Of a stretch of DNA of 64,000 nucleotides, positions 1 to 10,731 are shown piece after piece. This DNA is from Ruminococcaceae bacterium UBA7127. GTDB lineage: Bacteria > Bacillota > Clostridia > Oscillospirales > Acutalibacteraceae. The first letter of the stretch is position 1, and each line of letters opens with the position of its first letter. The position numbers and the translations under genes are program-made. Under the pieces are notes generated by a model, which had not been told where the DNA came from, made no database searches, and was given only the letters and a program-made list of their open reading frames with translations. The stretch is taken from contig DKXL01000029.1 of NCBI GenBank assembly GCA_002493005.1, positions 30,789-94,788 of the forward strand, written 5' to 3'.

Positions 1-1
1 C

Positions 2-262
2 GGAGCTTTTGTCGAGCTTGCTCCAAACCTTGCAGGACTTGCCGAAAGTCACGAGGGAGTGTGTGCAGGTCAGCAGGTAAGCGTGTACATAAAGAGCATA
101 ATTCCTGACAAAATGAAAATCAAGCTTATTATTATTGATACCTTTGACTATAAATATAACCCTCAAAAGCCAAAGTATTATTGTGACAGCAGTCATATAA
201 GCAGCTTTTTGTATTCACCCGAGCACTGCACAAAAAAGGTTGAAACAGTCTTTGGTGAATAG
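2..262 (+). CDS. S1 RNA-binding domain protein, 3' part (truncated by window start)
   Basis: Frame open from base 2: GAFVELAPNLAGLAESHEGVCAGQQVSVYIKSI, the S1-domain GAFV..GL pattern. Confidence 0.75.
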   Translation, partial: GAFVELAPNLAGLAESHEGVCAGQQVSVYIKSIIPDKMKIKLIIIDTFDYKYNPQKPKYYCDSSHISSFLYSPEHCTKKVETVFGE

Positions 263-278
263 GATATAGCAAAAAATA

Positions 279-302
279 ACCCGACCAAAATTTTGGTCGG
301 GT
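279..302. terminator. Bidirectional intrinsic terminator
   Basis: Perfect palindrome ACCCGACCAAAATTTTGGTCGGGT between convergent genes, with A/T-rich flanks. Confidence 0.75.
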
Positions 303-351
303 AAATTTGTTTATGAATATCGAAAAATAATTTACAATTATTTAAATAAGA

Positions 352-780
352 TTAATGACAGCCGCAATCGTCGCATTCAGGCACACAGCCGACAATAGGG
401 TCAGGGTCAATGCCCATTTTTTGATAGTAGTCGGAGATAGCAGCCTTAATTGCCTGCTCAGCAAGCACAGAGCAGTGAACCTTAACAGGCGGAAGTCCGT
501 CCAGAGCCTCCATAACTGCCTTGTTGGTGAGCTTAAGCGCGTCGTTAATTGACTTGCCTTTAATCATCTCGGTAGCCATACTGCTTGTGGCAATAGCGGC
601 TCCGCAGCCAAATGTTTTAAACTTTACATCTGTTATGATATCATCTTCAACCTTGATGTACATTTTCATAATATCGCCGCATTTTGAGTTGCCAACCTCA
701 CCGATACCGTCGGCGTTTTCAATTTCACCAACATTGCGCGGATTAGCAAAATGATCCATAACCTTCTCAGAATAAGCCAT
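352..780 (-). CDS. iscU: Fe-S cluster scaffold protein IscU/NifU
   Basis: YSEKVMDHF, CGD, FGCG, LPPVKVHCS motifs. Confidence 0.95.
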   Translation of the reverse strand: MAYSEKVMDHFANPRNVGEIENADGIGEVGNSKCGDIMKMYIKVEDDIITDVKFKTFGCGAAIATSSMATEMIKGKSINDALKLTNKAVMEALDGLPPVKVHCSVLAEQAIKAAISDYYQKMGIDPDPIVGCVPECDDCGCH

Positions 781-803
781 TATATAAACCTCCTAAGTTA
801 TAA

Positions 804-1997
804 TTAAGCGTTTTGTGCTGCTTCATCTTTTTTAATTTTTTCCCAGAGGGGGGACATTGCTCTAAGGTAATCGACAATCTTTGGAACTACCTCAAGAATA
901 TAGTCGATATCCTCCTCGGTAGTGCCGTCAGAGAATGAAAGACGCATACTTCCGTGAGCAATTTCGTGCGGAAGACCGATAGCAAGCAGAACATGGCTTG
1001 GGTCAAGGCTGCCTGATGTGCACGCAGAACCCGAAGAAGCCGATATTCCGTTCAAATCAAGCCTTAAAAGCAAACTTTCACCCTCAATGCCCTCAAAGCA
1101 CATATTAACATTGCCCGGCAGACGGTGAACCCTGTCACCGTTAATTCTTGAACGCTCAATCTTAAGAAGTCCGTCAATGAGTCTGTCCCTCATTTTAGTA
1201 AGCTTTGCGTTTCTTTCACTCATTGTGTCAATTGCGAGCTGTAATGCTGCGTCAAGACCAACAATGCCTGCAACATTTTCTGTGCCTGCACGTCTGCCTC
1301 TTTCCTGAGCGCCGCCGTCGATAAGATTTTCTATCTTAACGCCACGTCTTACATAGAGAAGTCCACAACCCTTAGGACCGTGAATTTTGTGAGCAGTCAT
1401 AGAGAGTAAATCAATGTTTTGCTCTGTGACATTGATTTTTACAAATCCCGCAGCCTGAACAGCGTCAGTATGAAAAAGTACGCCGTGCTTTTTGCAGATT
1501 GCGCCAATCTCTGAAATTGGCTGAATAGTTCCGATTTCATTGTTGGCATACATAATAGAAACAATGGCAGTGTTCTCCTTAATAGCGTTTTCTACGTCCT
1601 CGGGATGAACAATACCGTTTTCATATACATCAAGATATGTTACCTCAAAGCCCTCTTTTTCAAGCGACTCACAGGTGTGCAAAATTGCGTGATGCTCAAA
1701 CTTTGAAGTAATAATATGATTTTTGCCCTTTGCCTTTAGAGCGTGGCAAACTCCCTTGAGCGCCCAGTTGTCAGATTCACTGCCGCCTGATGTAAAGAAA
1801 ATTTCGTTCGGAAACTTTGCGCCAAGGTTTTTGGCAATGTTTTCTCTTGATTTTTCAACAGCTTCTTTAGCCGCTCCGCCGATTCTGTAAAGGCTTGACG
1901 GATTGCCGTAAACCTCTGTAAGATACGGCATCATTTTTTCAAGCACAACAGGGGACAGAGCAGTTGTAGCCGAATTATCAGCATAGATATTTCTCAT
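804..1997 (-). CDS. iscS: Cysteine desulfurase IscS/NifS
   Basis: [27 protein letters not shown]; start reassigned to ATG after the AAAGGTG RBS. Confidence 0.95.
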   Translation of the reverse strand: MRNIYADNSATTALSPVVLEKMMPYLTEVYGNPSSLYRIGGAAKEAVEKSRENIAKNLGAKFPNEIFFTSGGSESDNWALKGVCHALKAKGKNHIITSKFEHHAILHTCESLEKEGFEVTYLDVYENGIVHPEDVENAIKENTAIVSIMYANNEIGTIQPISEIGAICKKHGVLFHTDAVQAAGFVKINVTEQNIDLLSMTAHKIHGPKGCGLLYVRRGVKIENLIDGGAQERGRRAGTENVAGIVGLDAALQLAIDTMSERNAKLTKMRDRLIDGLLKIERSRINGDRVHRLPGNVNMCFEGIEGESLLLRLDLNGISASSGSACTSGSLDPSHVLLAIGLPHEIAHGSMRLSFSDGTTEEDIDYILEVVPKIVDYLRAMSPLWEKIKKDEAAQNA

Positions 1998-2019
1998 ATA
2001 TTTCACCTTTCGCAAAAAG

Positions 2020-2457
2020 TTATGAATATTGTTTTGACGCGGCTACCGCGAGTCGGTCGCATCTCTCGTTTTCAGGATGTCCTGCATGACCCTTGACCCA
2101 TACAATATCAATATCGTGGATGTCATATAGCTTAAGAAGTTTGTCCCATAATTCAGGATTGAGGGCAGGCTCCTTTTTGTTACGCATCCAGTTGTTTGCC
2201 TTCCACTTTTTTGCCCATCCCAGCTTGAGTGCGTTACAAACATATTGTGAATCACTGTAAAGAATGACTTTGCAGGGCTCTTTTAGCAAAGCAAGAGCAT
2301 TGATAACAGCCGAAAGCTCCATACGGTTGTTTGTTGTGTTTGCCTCACCGCCCGAAATTTCTTTTTCGTGGCCGTTGTAACGCAAAATTGCGCCCCAACC
2401 TCCGGGACCGGGATTGCCGCTGCAAGCACCGTCTGTAAAGATTTCAACCTGTTTCAA
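2020..2457 (-). CDS. rnhA: Ribonuclease HI
   Basis: [32 protein letters not shown]; TTG start after AGAGGAG. Confidence 0.96.
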   Translation of the reverse strand: MKQVEIFTDGACSGNPGPGGWGAILRYNGHEKEISGGEANTTNNRMELSAVINALALLKEPCKVILYSDSQYVCNALKLGWAKKWKANNWMRNKKEPALNPELWDKLLKLYDIHDIDIVWVKGHAGHPENERCDRLAVAASKQYS

Positions 2458-2721
2458 TCGAATTCTCCTCTTGTAGTAGTCGTAGGGGTCTAAACCATAC
2501 CAAAGTTTATTATAATACTCTCAAACGACAAATGCAACCATTATTTGGGATAATTCTATAAAAATGGTAGGTAATAGAATAAAAAACAATACAGACAAAG
2601 TGATAAAACAATATTTTGAATGCATAGACTTTGTTATTATTTTTCCATTTTTTGCACATAATATACTTTACAACAACTTCTTTATGATTTTGTTGCAACC
2701 GGTTTTTCTCAAATAAAACAC

Positions 2722-2751
2722 TTGACATAATATGCAAAAGTGCGGTAAAAT
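2722..2751 (+). promoter_or_regulatory. Sigma-A promoter for the rnj operon
   Basis: TTGACA-18 nt-TAAAAT. Confidence 0.6.
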
Positions 2752-2908
2752 AATATGAATATATATGATAGGGTTGGTATATACTCTACACAATTTAGTA
2801 ATAAAATTCGTGTATATAATACGGATTATAAATAATCGAAGTCAGGCTCTATTTTGGACGGACAAGGGCAAAGACTTCAAAAATAAATACATTAATGGAG
2901 GTAAATTT

Positions 2909-4786
2909 GTGAGTACAGAAAAAAACAAGAATAAATTTAATATGAAACAGTCAAAGTACTCAAACGGCAAAAGCACAACTAAGTATAAGAACGGTTCATT
3001 CAAGCACACTGATAAACAAAGGAAAAACGGTGATACGGCGCCATTCAAACCTAATAGTAAGTATAATTACGGTAATAATTACGGCAGAAAGCAGGGCAAC
3101 AGAAACTATGTGCCAAGGCAGATTAAGAAGCCGTCGGTCAAGATAGCATTTTTGGGCGGACTAAATGAAATTGGCAAGAATATAACTCTTATTGAATGTG
3201 AAAATGATATTGTAATTATTGACTGCGGAATGGCATTCCCGGACGGCGATATGTTGGGTGTTGACCTTGTTATTCCGGATTTCACCTATATTGAGCAGAA
3301 TTTTGATAAAGTAAAAGGAATAGTTCTTACTCACGGTCATGAGGATCATATCGGCGGGTTGCCGTTTTTGCTCTCAAAGGTAAATGTTCCGATTTACGGT
3401 ACGCCGCTTACATTAGGTCTTGTCGGCAACAAGCTCAAGGAGCACAGCCTGTTTAACAAAGCGGTGCTTAATGTTGTAAACGCAGGACAAACTATTAAGC
3501 TTGGCTGTATGAGCATAGATTTCATTCACGTTAATCACTCAATCCCCGACGCGGTTGCTTTTGCAATCCATACTCCGGGCGGTACTATTGTTCACACAGG
3601 CGATTTTAAAATTGACTGCACTCCGATTACAGGCGGAATGATTGACCTTTCCGGCTTTGCACGAGTTGGCGACGAGGGCGTGCTTGCTCTGCTTGCAGAG
3701 AGCACAAATGCCGAACGTCCGGGTTATACGCCTACAGAGCGTACTGTTTCGGATAGTTTTGACAAGCTGTTTCGTGACGCGGAGAATTACAGAATTATTA
3801 TTGCAACCTTTGCTTCAAACGTAAATCGTGTTCAGCAGATTATAAATTGTGCAGAAAAGTACGGCAGAAAGGTTGCGCTTTCGGGAAGAAGTATGGTCAA
3901 CTATATGGATGTTGCCAAAAAACTTGGCTATCTGTCTGTGCCCGATAATATTTTAATTGATCTTGATATGCTCGACAAATATTCGCCTGAGCAGATTGTG
4001 CTTGTTACCACAGGCAGTCAGGGCGAACCTATGAGCGCACTTTCAAGAATGGCTTATTCTGATCATCGCAAGGTTATGGTCGGCGAGGGCGACTTTATAA
4101 TCATCTCGGCAAATCCTATTCCCGGCAACGAAAAGACCGTTGGCAATGTTGTAGATGAACTGCTCAAAAAGGGTTGCCGTGTCGTTTATGAATCAATGTA
4201 TGAGGTTCACGTGTCAGGTCACGCTTGTCAGGAGGAACTTAAGATTATTCACAGCCTTGTAAAGCCAAAATATTTTATTCCTGTTCACGGCGAGCAAAAA
4301 CACCTGCGCAAGCACGCTGACCTTGCTGTGTTCCTTGGTATGGAGCGAAAAAATATCTTTATCGGCGATGTTGGAAGCGTTCTTGAGGTTAATCAGAATT
4401 ATATGAAAGAGCTGCCGCCTGTTCAGGCAGGCAAAGTATTTGTTGACGGCTTGGGTGTCGGTGATGTAGGAAGCATCGTTCTGCGTGACCGTAAGCATCT
4501 GGGTCAGGACGGACTTATTATTATTGTTGCATCTCTTGACGTTTACGACGGACATGTTATCAGCGGTCCTGATATAGTATCGCGCGGTTTTGTGTATGTC
4601 AGAGAGAGCGAGGGTCTGTTGGACGAAGTCAAAAAACTTGCTTTGTCAATTCTTGAGGATTGTGCAGACAGAAATATACACGAGTGGGGTGTAATCAAAA
4701 ACTGCATTAAAGACGAGGTTGCAAAGCTTATCGGTCAGCGTACCAGACGTGCACCGATGATACTGCCTATTCTTCAGGAAGTATAA
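2909..4786 (+). CDS. rnj: Ribonuclease J with basic N-terminal extension
   Basis: GGLNEIGKN, THGHEDHIGG, HSIPD, HTGDFK, HVSGH; GTG start after GGAGG. Confidence 0.95.
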   Translation: MSTEKNKNKFNMKQSKYSNGKSTTKYKNGSFKHTDKQRKNGDTAPFKPNSKYNYGNNYGRKQGNRNYVPRQIKKPSVKIAFLGGLNEIGKNITLIECENDIVIIDCGMAFPDGDMLGVDLVIPDFTYIEQNFDKVKGIVLTHGHEDHIGGLPFLLSKVNVPIYGTPLTLGLVGNKLKEHSLFNKAVLNVVNAGQTIKLGCMSIDFIHVNHSIPDAVAFAIHTPGGTIVHTGDFKIDCTPITGGMIDLSGFARVGDEGVLALLAESTNAERPGYTPTERTVSDSFDKLFRDAENYRIIIATFASNVNRVQQIINCAEKYGRKVALSGRSMVNYMDVAKKLGYLSVPDNILIDLDMLDKYSPEQIVLVTTGSQGEPMSALSRMAYSDHRKVMVGEGDFIIISANPIPGNEKTVGNVVDELLKKGCRVVYESMYEVHVSGHACQEELKIIHSLVKPKYFIPVHGEQKHLRKHADLAVFLGMERKNIFIGDVGSVLEVNQNYMKELPPVQAGKVFVDGLGVGDVGSIVLRDRKHLGQDGLIIIVASLDVYDGHVISGPDIVSRGFVYVRESEGLLDEVKKLALSILEDCADRNIHEWGVIKNCIKDEVAKLIGQRTRRAPMILPILQEV

Positions 4787-4843
4787 TAGTTAACGTATAT
4801 GTAAATTGATAATTGTTAATTGTAAATTGTTTAGGGGTTTAGT

Positions 4844-6808
4844 ATGAGAAAGAAGAACTGGACGTTAACTCCTTGGTTTATTATATTTGCCGCCGCAATG
4901 TTGTTTATGTCTATTGTGACTTACAACTATAATCAAACGTTGAGCTATGTTGAAATAGGCATTTCTGTTTTGGTATTTGTTGCGGTTTTTGCAATGTCGA
5001 TAAGATTCGGCAGTTATATTCGCAGTATAGTAAAAAATGCAACCGACAATATAAAAGGGGTTAATCCCGATTATCTCGAAAAATTTAAATTCCCGATTGT
5101 GGTTGTCGGCAAAAAAGGCGATGTTGTGTGGTGTAACTCACGATTTCGCAAAACAGTTTGTAACGGCAAAAGCCCGGAGGGCGAAAGTGTTGTAAACTAC
5201 ATTTCGGGACACGACGCTCAAAGCCTTGCTTCGGGCGAGGGTACCGATATTGCCGTAAACGGCAGAGAATTCACGGTATACTGTGTTCCGTCAGGGCAGG
5301 GCGTTATCTGTCACTTTTTTGAGAATACCTATTACAAGCAAATTGCACGAGAACATTTTGCAAGCCGCCCAAGCGTTGCTGTTATTGTTTTTGACAATGC
5401 AGAGGATTTTTCAGATAATTCCGACGAGGCTGTGTCAGAGGTTATGCTAAATGTTGAGGTATGCTTGCAAAAGTGGGCTGCCCAATATAATGCTCTTTAC
5501 AAAAGGCTGGGCAATAACCGATATATGATTGTGTTCAGAGATTCGGACGTTGAGAAGATGATTGGAGAAAAGTTTCCGATTCTGCGTGAAATTCGTTCAA
5601 TTACTGTTGAAAGAATTTCTGCTACTGTGTCTGTCGGTCTTAGCAGGGGCGCAAAAAATATCAAGGAGAGCGAGGCTAATGCCCGCAAAGCACTTGAAAT
5701 GGCACTCGGCAGAGGCGGAGATCAGGTTGCAATCATAAAAAAAGATAACAGCTATGATTTCTTTGGCGGCAAGGCTGCCGCAACAGAAAAGGCAAGTAAG
5801 GTAAGAATGCGTGTTGTTTCAAATGCAATCAGCAGAGCGATTGCTGACAGTGACATAGTCTATATTATGGGACACAGATTCTCTGACCTTGACTGTGTCG
5901 GCGCTGCAATCGGTATGCAATGCTTGATTGAAAAGTCACTCAAGCGTTATTGCAGAATTGTTATAAACAAAGAGTTGACTATGGCTCAGCCGCTTATAGA
6001 TTATGCGAAAAATAATTTGAACAGCGAAATTTTCATTTCGCCCCAACAGGCAATAGAGAATGTAACTGCAAAAACGCTTTTGGTTGTTGTCGATACCCAT
6101 CTCAGACGTTCACTTGAGAGCGCAGAGCTTTTTGATAAATGCAAAAGGGTTGTTGTTATTGACCACCATCGTAAAGCAGTCGATTACATAAACAATTCAC
6201 TTGTGTTCTGTCACGAACCGTCGGCGTCATCGGCGTGTGAAATGTGCAGTGAAATTATTGGCTGCCTTGACGACAAGCCAATCGGTTTTGTGCAGGCTGA
6301 CGCTTTGCTTGCAGGCATTATGCTTGATACCAAGAATTTTGCCGTAAAAACAGGCGTGCGCACGTTTGAGGCGGCGGCTTATCTCAGAAGAAAAGGTGCT
6401 AATACGCTGACTGTAAAGGAAATGTTTTCCGACAGCATTGATACATATCGTGAAAAGGTTGGAATTGTCTGCAAGGCTCACATATACAGGGGTTGTGCTG
6501 TGTCTGTGGCTGACTTTACCTCAGGCGATATCAGACTTGCATCGGCACAGGCGGCTGATGAAATGCTTAATCTTCACGGTGTGTCAGCTTCGTTTGTAAT
6601 ATTTAAGGATGCAAATACCGAAAATCAGATTAATATTTCTTCACGCAGCTACGGCAAAATTAATGTGCAGATTATAATGGAACAGATGGGCGGCGGCGGT
6701 CATCAGACTATGGCCGCAACCCAGATAAAAGACTCGACCAAGGAGCTTGTATATCAGCAGCTTTTGTCTGTTATAGACGAGGTTCTTGACGATGCCTCAA
6801 ATAATTAA
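4844..6808 (+). CDS. gdpP: c-di-AMP phosphodiesterase GdpP (2 TM, PAS, degenerate GGDEF, DHH/DHHA1)
   Basis: GRGGDQV, GHRFSDLD, IDHH, GGGGH; conserved position before rplI-dnaB. Confidence 0.9.
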   Translation: MRKKNWTLTPWFIIFAAAMLFMSIVTYNYNQTLSYVEIGISVLVFVAVFAMSIRFGSYIRSIVKNATDNIKGVNPDYLEKFKFPIVVVGKKGDVVWCNSRFRKTVCNGKSPEGESVVNYISGHDAQSLASGEGTDIAVNGREFTVYCVPSGQGVICHFFENTYYKQIAREHFASRPSVAVIVFDNAEDFSDNSDEAVSEVMLNVEVCLQKWAAQYNALYKRLGNNRYMIVFRDSDVEKMIGEKFPILREIRSITVERISATVSVGLSRGAKNIKESEANARKALEMALGRGGDQVAIIKKDNSYDFFGGKAAATEKASKVRMRVVSNAISRAIADSDIVYIMGHRFSDLDCVGAAIGMQCLIEKSLKRYCRIVINKELTMAQPLIDYAKNNLNSEIFISPQQAIENVTAKTLLVVVDTHLRRSLESAELFDKCKRVVVIDHHRKAVDYINNSLVFCHEPSASSACEMCSEIIGCLDDKPIGFVQADALLAGIMLDTKNFAVKTGVRTFEAAAYLRRKGANTLTVKEMFSDSIDTYREKVGIVCKAHIYRGCAVSVADFTSGDIRLASAQAADEMLNLHGVSASFVIFKDANTENQINISSRSYGKINVQIIMEQMGGGGHQTMAATQIKDSTKELVYQQLLSVIDEVLDDASNN

Positions 6809-6897
6809 AATTTTTTGTTACAGCAAAGCAAAATTTCATTTTGCTGTATAGCTGTATAATGATAAAAAATGCAAATTCTCTGAAAGGATTGATTATA

Positions 6898-7344
6898 ATG
6901 AAGGTAATTTTAATGCAGGACGTAAAGTCGCTTGGAAAAAAAGGTGAGCTTGTAGAAGCATCAGACGGATACGCACGTAACTATTTGCTCCCAAAAAAAC
7001 TTGCAAAAGAGGCAAATGCTCAGGCTATGAACGAGTATAAAAATGCAGAAAATTCAAAGAATTTCAAAATCGCAACTCAAAAGGCTCAGGCTGAGGCTGA
7101 CAAGAAAAAACTTGAGGGAAAGGTTTTTGCAATGAAAGCAAAGGCAGGACAGGGAGGAAAACTGTTTGGCAGTATTACCTCAAAGCAGGTTGCCGAAGAA
7201 ATCAAAAAACAATACAATATCAACATTGACAAGCGCAAGGTTTTGCTTGAATGTGACATCAAGGAGTATGGCACATACAGCGCAGAAGTTAAGCTGTATA
7301 CAGGAATTTCTGCGAAAATTGACGTTAAGGTGTCTGAGGAATAA
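6898..7344 (+). CDS. rplI: 50S ribosomal protein L9
   Basis: MKVILMQDVKSLGKKG..DGYARNYL, GKLFGSIT. Confidence 0.97.
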   Translation: MKVILMQDVKSLGKKGELVEASDGYARNYLLPKKLAKEANAQAMNEYKNAENSKNFKIATQKAQAEADKKKLEGKVFAMKAKAGQGGKLFGSITSKQVAEEIKKQYNINIDKRKVLLECDIKEYGTYSAEVKLYTGISAKIDVKVSEE

Positions 7345-7446
7345 TTACAGTTAAATAATTTTGTGTCTGAGATTCATCCTTACTGCGAAAAGCAGATAAA
7401 TTAAGGAAATTTCGACAATAGCGTATTAAAAAATAAGGTATAAATA

Positions 7447-8820
7447 ATGGCTGAAACGACTTTTACTAACAGTTACGATGGTTTACATATGCCATACAGT
7501 CCCGAGGCAGAACAGGCAGTTTTGGGTGCGGTTATCCTTGACAGCAGTGTGTTTGACAAGGTGGTTGATTACATCAAACAGCCTGATTACTTCTATGTGG
7601 CTCTGCACAAAATCATTTTTGCAGAGATGCAGGAAATGACTGGGCTTGGACTGGCTATTGACTTTGTAACTCTTCTTGAAAAACTAAAACAGAATAAAGC
7701 GTTTGACGAATCAACCGGCAAGACCTATCTGATGGATTTGGTCAACAACTGTCCGTCTATCTCCAATGCGGAGGCTTATGCCAAGGTTATTGCCGAAAAG
7801 TACAACCTTCGCAGACTCATTACGGCGTCACGTGAGATTATTGACGATGCAACAGCTGCTAACGATGACACTGCGGTTCTCATAGACTCTGCCGAGCAGA
7901 AGATTTTTGATATTCGCAGGGGCAACGAAAAGCATGGTCTTGAGCGCATCAACTCTGTAATTTTGCAGACGTTTAATCGCCTCGATTCTTTAAACAGCGA
8001 GGTTGACAACAATCTCAAACCAATTCCGACGGGAATCGGGGATCTTGACAGAATGATAACAGGTCTTAACCGAAGTGACCTTATATTGCTTGCGGCTCGA
8101 CCGGGTATGGGCAAAACGAGCTTTGCGCTCAACATTGCACGAAGTGTTGCCTGTCAGGCAAAAAAGACGGTTGCCTTTTTCTCACTTGAAATGTCAAAGG
8201 AACAGCTTGCAAGCCGTTTGCTTTCGACAGAAGCGTTAATCAGCGGCACAAAACTGCGTACAGGCAAACTAAGCGAGGACGAATGGAGCAGGCTTATTCC
8301 TGCAAGTGACGTGCTCAGCAAGGCTGAGTTGTATCTTGATGACACTCCGGGAATTACAATAGCGGAAATGAAGTCGCGCCTTCGCAGACTGCCAAATCTC
8401 GACTTGGTAATTATCGACTATCTTCAGCTTATGGCGAGCGGCAGAAGGATTGAAAACCGTGTTCAGGAAATTTCTGAAATTACCAGAAATCTTAAGATTT
8501 TGGCTAAGGAAATGAATGTTCCGGTCATTACGCTTTCGCAGTTGTCCCGTGCTGCCGAAAAGCGTGACGATCATAGACCTCAGCTTGCCGATTTGCGTGA
8601 TTCAGGTTCAATCGAGCAGGACGCCGACATAGTGCTTTTCCTGTATCGTGAGGGCTACTATAATAAAGACAAGGACGGAGAACAAGCGGCACAGACAGCC
8701 GATATGAACGCGGGTGAATGTATCGTGGCTAAGAACCGTCACGGCGAAACCAATATCGTTAAACTGCATTGGCAGGGCGAGTTTATGCGCTTTACCGGTA
8801 CGGAGGCAAGAAATGAATGA
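7447..8820 (+). CDS. dnaB: Replicative DNA helicase
   Basis: AARPGMGKT, FSLEM, IDYLQL, LSQLSR, DLRDSGSIEQDAD. Confidence 0.97.
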   Translation: MAETTFTNSYDGLHMPYSPEAEQAVLGAVILDSSVFDKVVDYIKQPDYFYVALHKIIFAEMQEMTGLGLAIDFVTLLEKLKQNKAFDESTGKTYLMDLVNNCPSISNAEAYAKVIAEKYNLRRLITASREIIDDATAANDDTAVLIDSAEQKIFDIRRGNEKHGLERINSVILQTFNRLDSLNSEVDNNLKPIPTGIGDLDRMITGLNRSDLILLAARPGMGKTSFALNIARSVACQAKKTVAFFSLEMSKEQLASRLLSTEALISGTKLRTGKLSEDEWSRLIPASDVLSKAELYLDDTPGITIAEMKSRLRRLPNLDLVIIDYLQLMASGRRIENRVQEISEITRNLKILAKEMNVPVITLSQLSRAAEKRDDHRPQLADLRDSGSIEQDADIVLFLYREGYYNKDKDGEQAAQTADMNAGECIVAKNRHGETNIVKLHWQGEFMRFTGTEARNE

Positions 8821-10126
8821 GCACGTCGAGCAGACAATTCGAAGGTACAATCTGCTTGAATACGGCGACACGGTTGTTGTTGCGCTGTCGGGCGGTGCGG
8901 ATTCTGTTTGTCTGCTAGATCTTATTAATTCGATAAAAGAAAAATATAATCTTACAATATATGCCGCTCATATTAATCATAATTTGCGCGGCGATGAGGC
9001 AAAAAGCGACGAAAATTTCTGCAAAACTATTTGTAAGAAATATAACATAGAATTATTTGTAAAGAGTGCTGATGTCAAGACGCTTGCGGCAAAGCAAAAA
9101 ATAAGTGAGGAGTTGTGCGGGCGCAATGTGCGGTATGAGTTTTTTGATGAACTTTCAAAGAACTTGAGTGCAAAAGTTGCCACTGCACACACAGCGTCTG
9201 ATAATGCCGAAACGTTGATTTTTAACCTTGCAAGGGGTTGCTCGGTCGGCGGTATGGCGGCAATTCCTCCCAAACGCGGATATATCATCAGACCGCTTAT
9301 TGAAACAACAAGGGCGGACGTTGAACGCTATTGCGCAGAACACAGCCTTGAATATGTTACCGACAGTACAAATCTTACTGATGATTACACACGTAATAAT
9401 ATTCGACACAATGTTGTTCCGGTGCTCAAGGGTATAAATCCAGCCTTTGAAAAGGCGGCTTTGAACCTGAGCAGCAATGCAAGAGAAATTCTTGATTTTT
9501 TGACAAACTGTGCTTATAAAGCTATTGACGATTGTAAAAACGACTTTGGTTATGATTGCAGTAAGTTTTTGGAGCTTGACAAGGCGGTTCTGAAACAAGC
9601 AATTATAATTCTGTTTAGGAATAATTACAATATATCTTTGGAGCAACGCCATATTTCACTAATCTGTAATATTATAAAAGACGGTGGCTCGGTTGAAATT
9701 TCCAAATCGTTGACGGCAGTATCAAAACAGGGGATATTCAGGGTAGTGCAGACAAATTTGCACGAAGATTTTGAAGATATAATTCTAAATAGGAATAATA
9801 TATTTGACTATAACAACAAACTATATTCTGTATCGGAATTAAACAGTAAAATTGACATCAATACAATCAACGCGGACTTAGCAAATTCAGGCGCAGTTTT
9901 CAGAAACCGCAGACAAGGCGATACATTTACTTATCCTAAGTGTAAGGTTACAAAACCGTTGCGAAAGATACTCAATGAGCAAAAAATCCCGGCAGAGCTG
10001 AGAGATGAACTTTTGGTACTTGCTAAAGGAAGCACTGTTTTGTGGTGTGAATGTATCGGAGCTTCGCTTGAGGGACAAGCGCTATCAGCCCAAAATGCAT
10101 TGAAAATTAATATAAAATATAATTAA
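8813..10126 (+). CDS. tilS: tRNA(Ile)-lysidine synthetase
   Basis: SGGADS PP-loop, HINHNLR, TAHTASD, RPL; ATG overlaps the dnaB end after GGAGG. Confidence 0.93.
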   Translation: MNEHVEQTIRRYNLLEYGDTVVVALSGGADSVCLLDLINSIKEKYNLTIYAAHINHNLRGDEAKSDENFCKTICKKYNIELFVKSADVKTLAAKQKISEELCGRNVRYEFFDELSKNLSAKVATAHTASDNAETLIFNLARGCSVGGMAAIPPKRGYIIRPLIETTRADVERYCAEHSLEYVTDSTNLTDDYTRNNIRHNVVPVLKGINPAFEKAALNLSSNAREILDFLTNCAYKAIDDCKNDFGYDCSKFLELDKAVLKQAIIILFRNNYNISLEQRHISLICNIIKDGGSVEISKSLTAVSKQGIFRVVQTNLHEDFEDIILNRNNIFDYNNKLYSVSELNSKIDINTINADLANSGAVFRNRRQGDTFTYPKCKVTKPLRKILNEQKIPAELRDELLVLAKGSTVLWCECIGASLEGQALSAQNALKINIKYN

Positions 10127-10141
10127 AAAAGGGGGTGCATT

Positions 10142-10678
10142 ATGCATAAGGATATTCAAAAAATCCTTTTTTCGAAAAAAGATATTGAAAATATTGTGAA
10201 TTCTATTGCAAAACAGATTGAAAAAGACTATAATGGCAAGGACTTTATAATGGTTGGACTGCTCAAGGGCAGTGTAGCTTTTATGACAGATATTATGAAA
10301 AGAGTTAATCTTGACTTTGCCATAGATTTTATAGCTGCCTCAAGTTATGGCAGTGCTACAGAATCAAGCGGAAGAGTTAATATTCAAAAGGACATTTCAC
10401 AGTCGATTGAGGGCAAGGATATTCTTATCATTGAGGATATTATCGATTCGGGAAACACTCTTGATTTCATTACAAAATATCTTGCTGTCAAAAAGGCAAA
10501 ATCAGTCAGAATATGCACCCTGTTCAATAAACCCGACAGGCGAAAGACAGAAATACCTGTTGATTATGTCGGTGCAGTAATTCCCGACGTATTTGTTGTG
10601 GGATACGGACTTGATTACGATGAAAAATATCGCAATCTTCCGTATGTCGGCATTTTAAAGCCGTCGGTATATTCTTAA
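10142..10678 (+). CDS. hpt: Hypoxanthine phosphoribosyltransferase
   Basis: IIEDIIDSGNTL, FVVGYGLDYDEKYRNLP. Confidence 0.96.
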   Translation: MHKDIQKILFSKKDIENIVNSIAKQIEKDYNGKDFIMVGLLKGSVAFMTDIMKRVNLDFAIDFIAASSYGSATESSGRVNIQKDISQSIEGKDILIIEDIIDSGNTLDFITKYLAVKKAKSVRICTLFNKPDRRKTEIPVDYVGAVIPDVFVVGYGLDYDEKYRNLPYVGILKPSVYS

Positions 10679-10731
10679 TATATACATAATCAAATGATTA
10701 CAATATATAATATACAGAGGAGTGACAAGCA

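Noticed and set aside
2510-2908. ORF 2510..2737 (-) and the upstream extension of rnj from 2765
   Set aside because: AT-rich divergent promoter region; the strong GGAGG RBS supports GTG at 2909 as the start.
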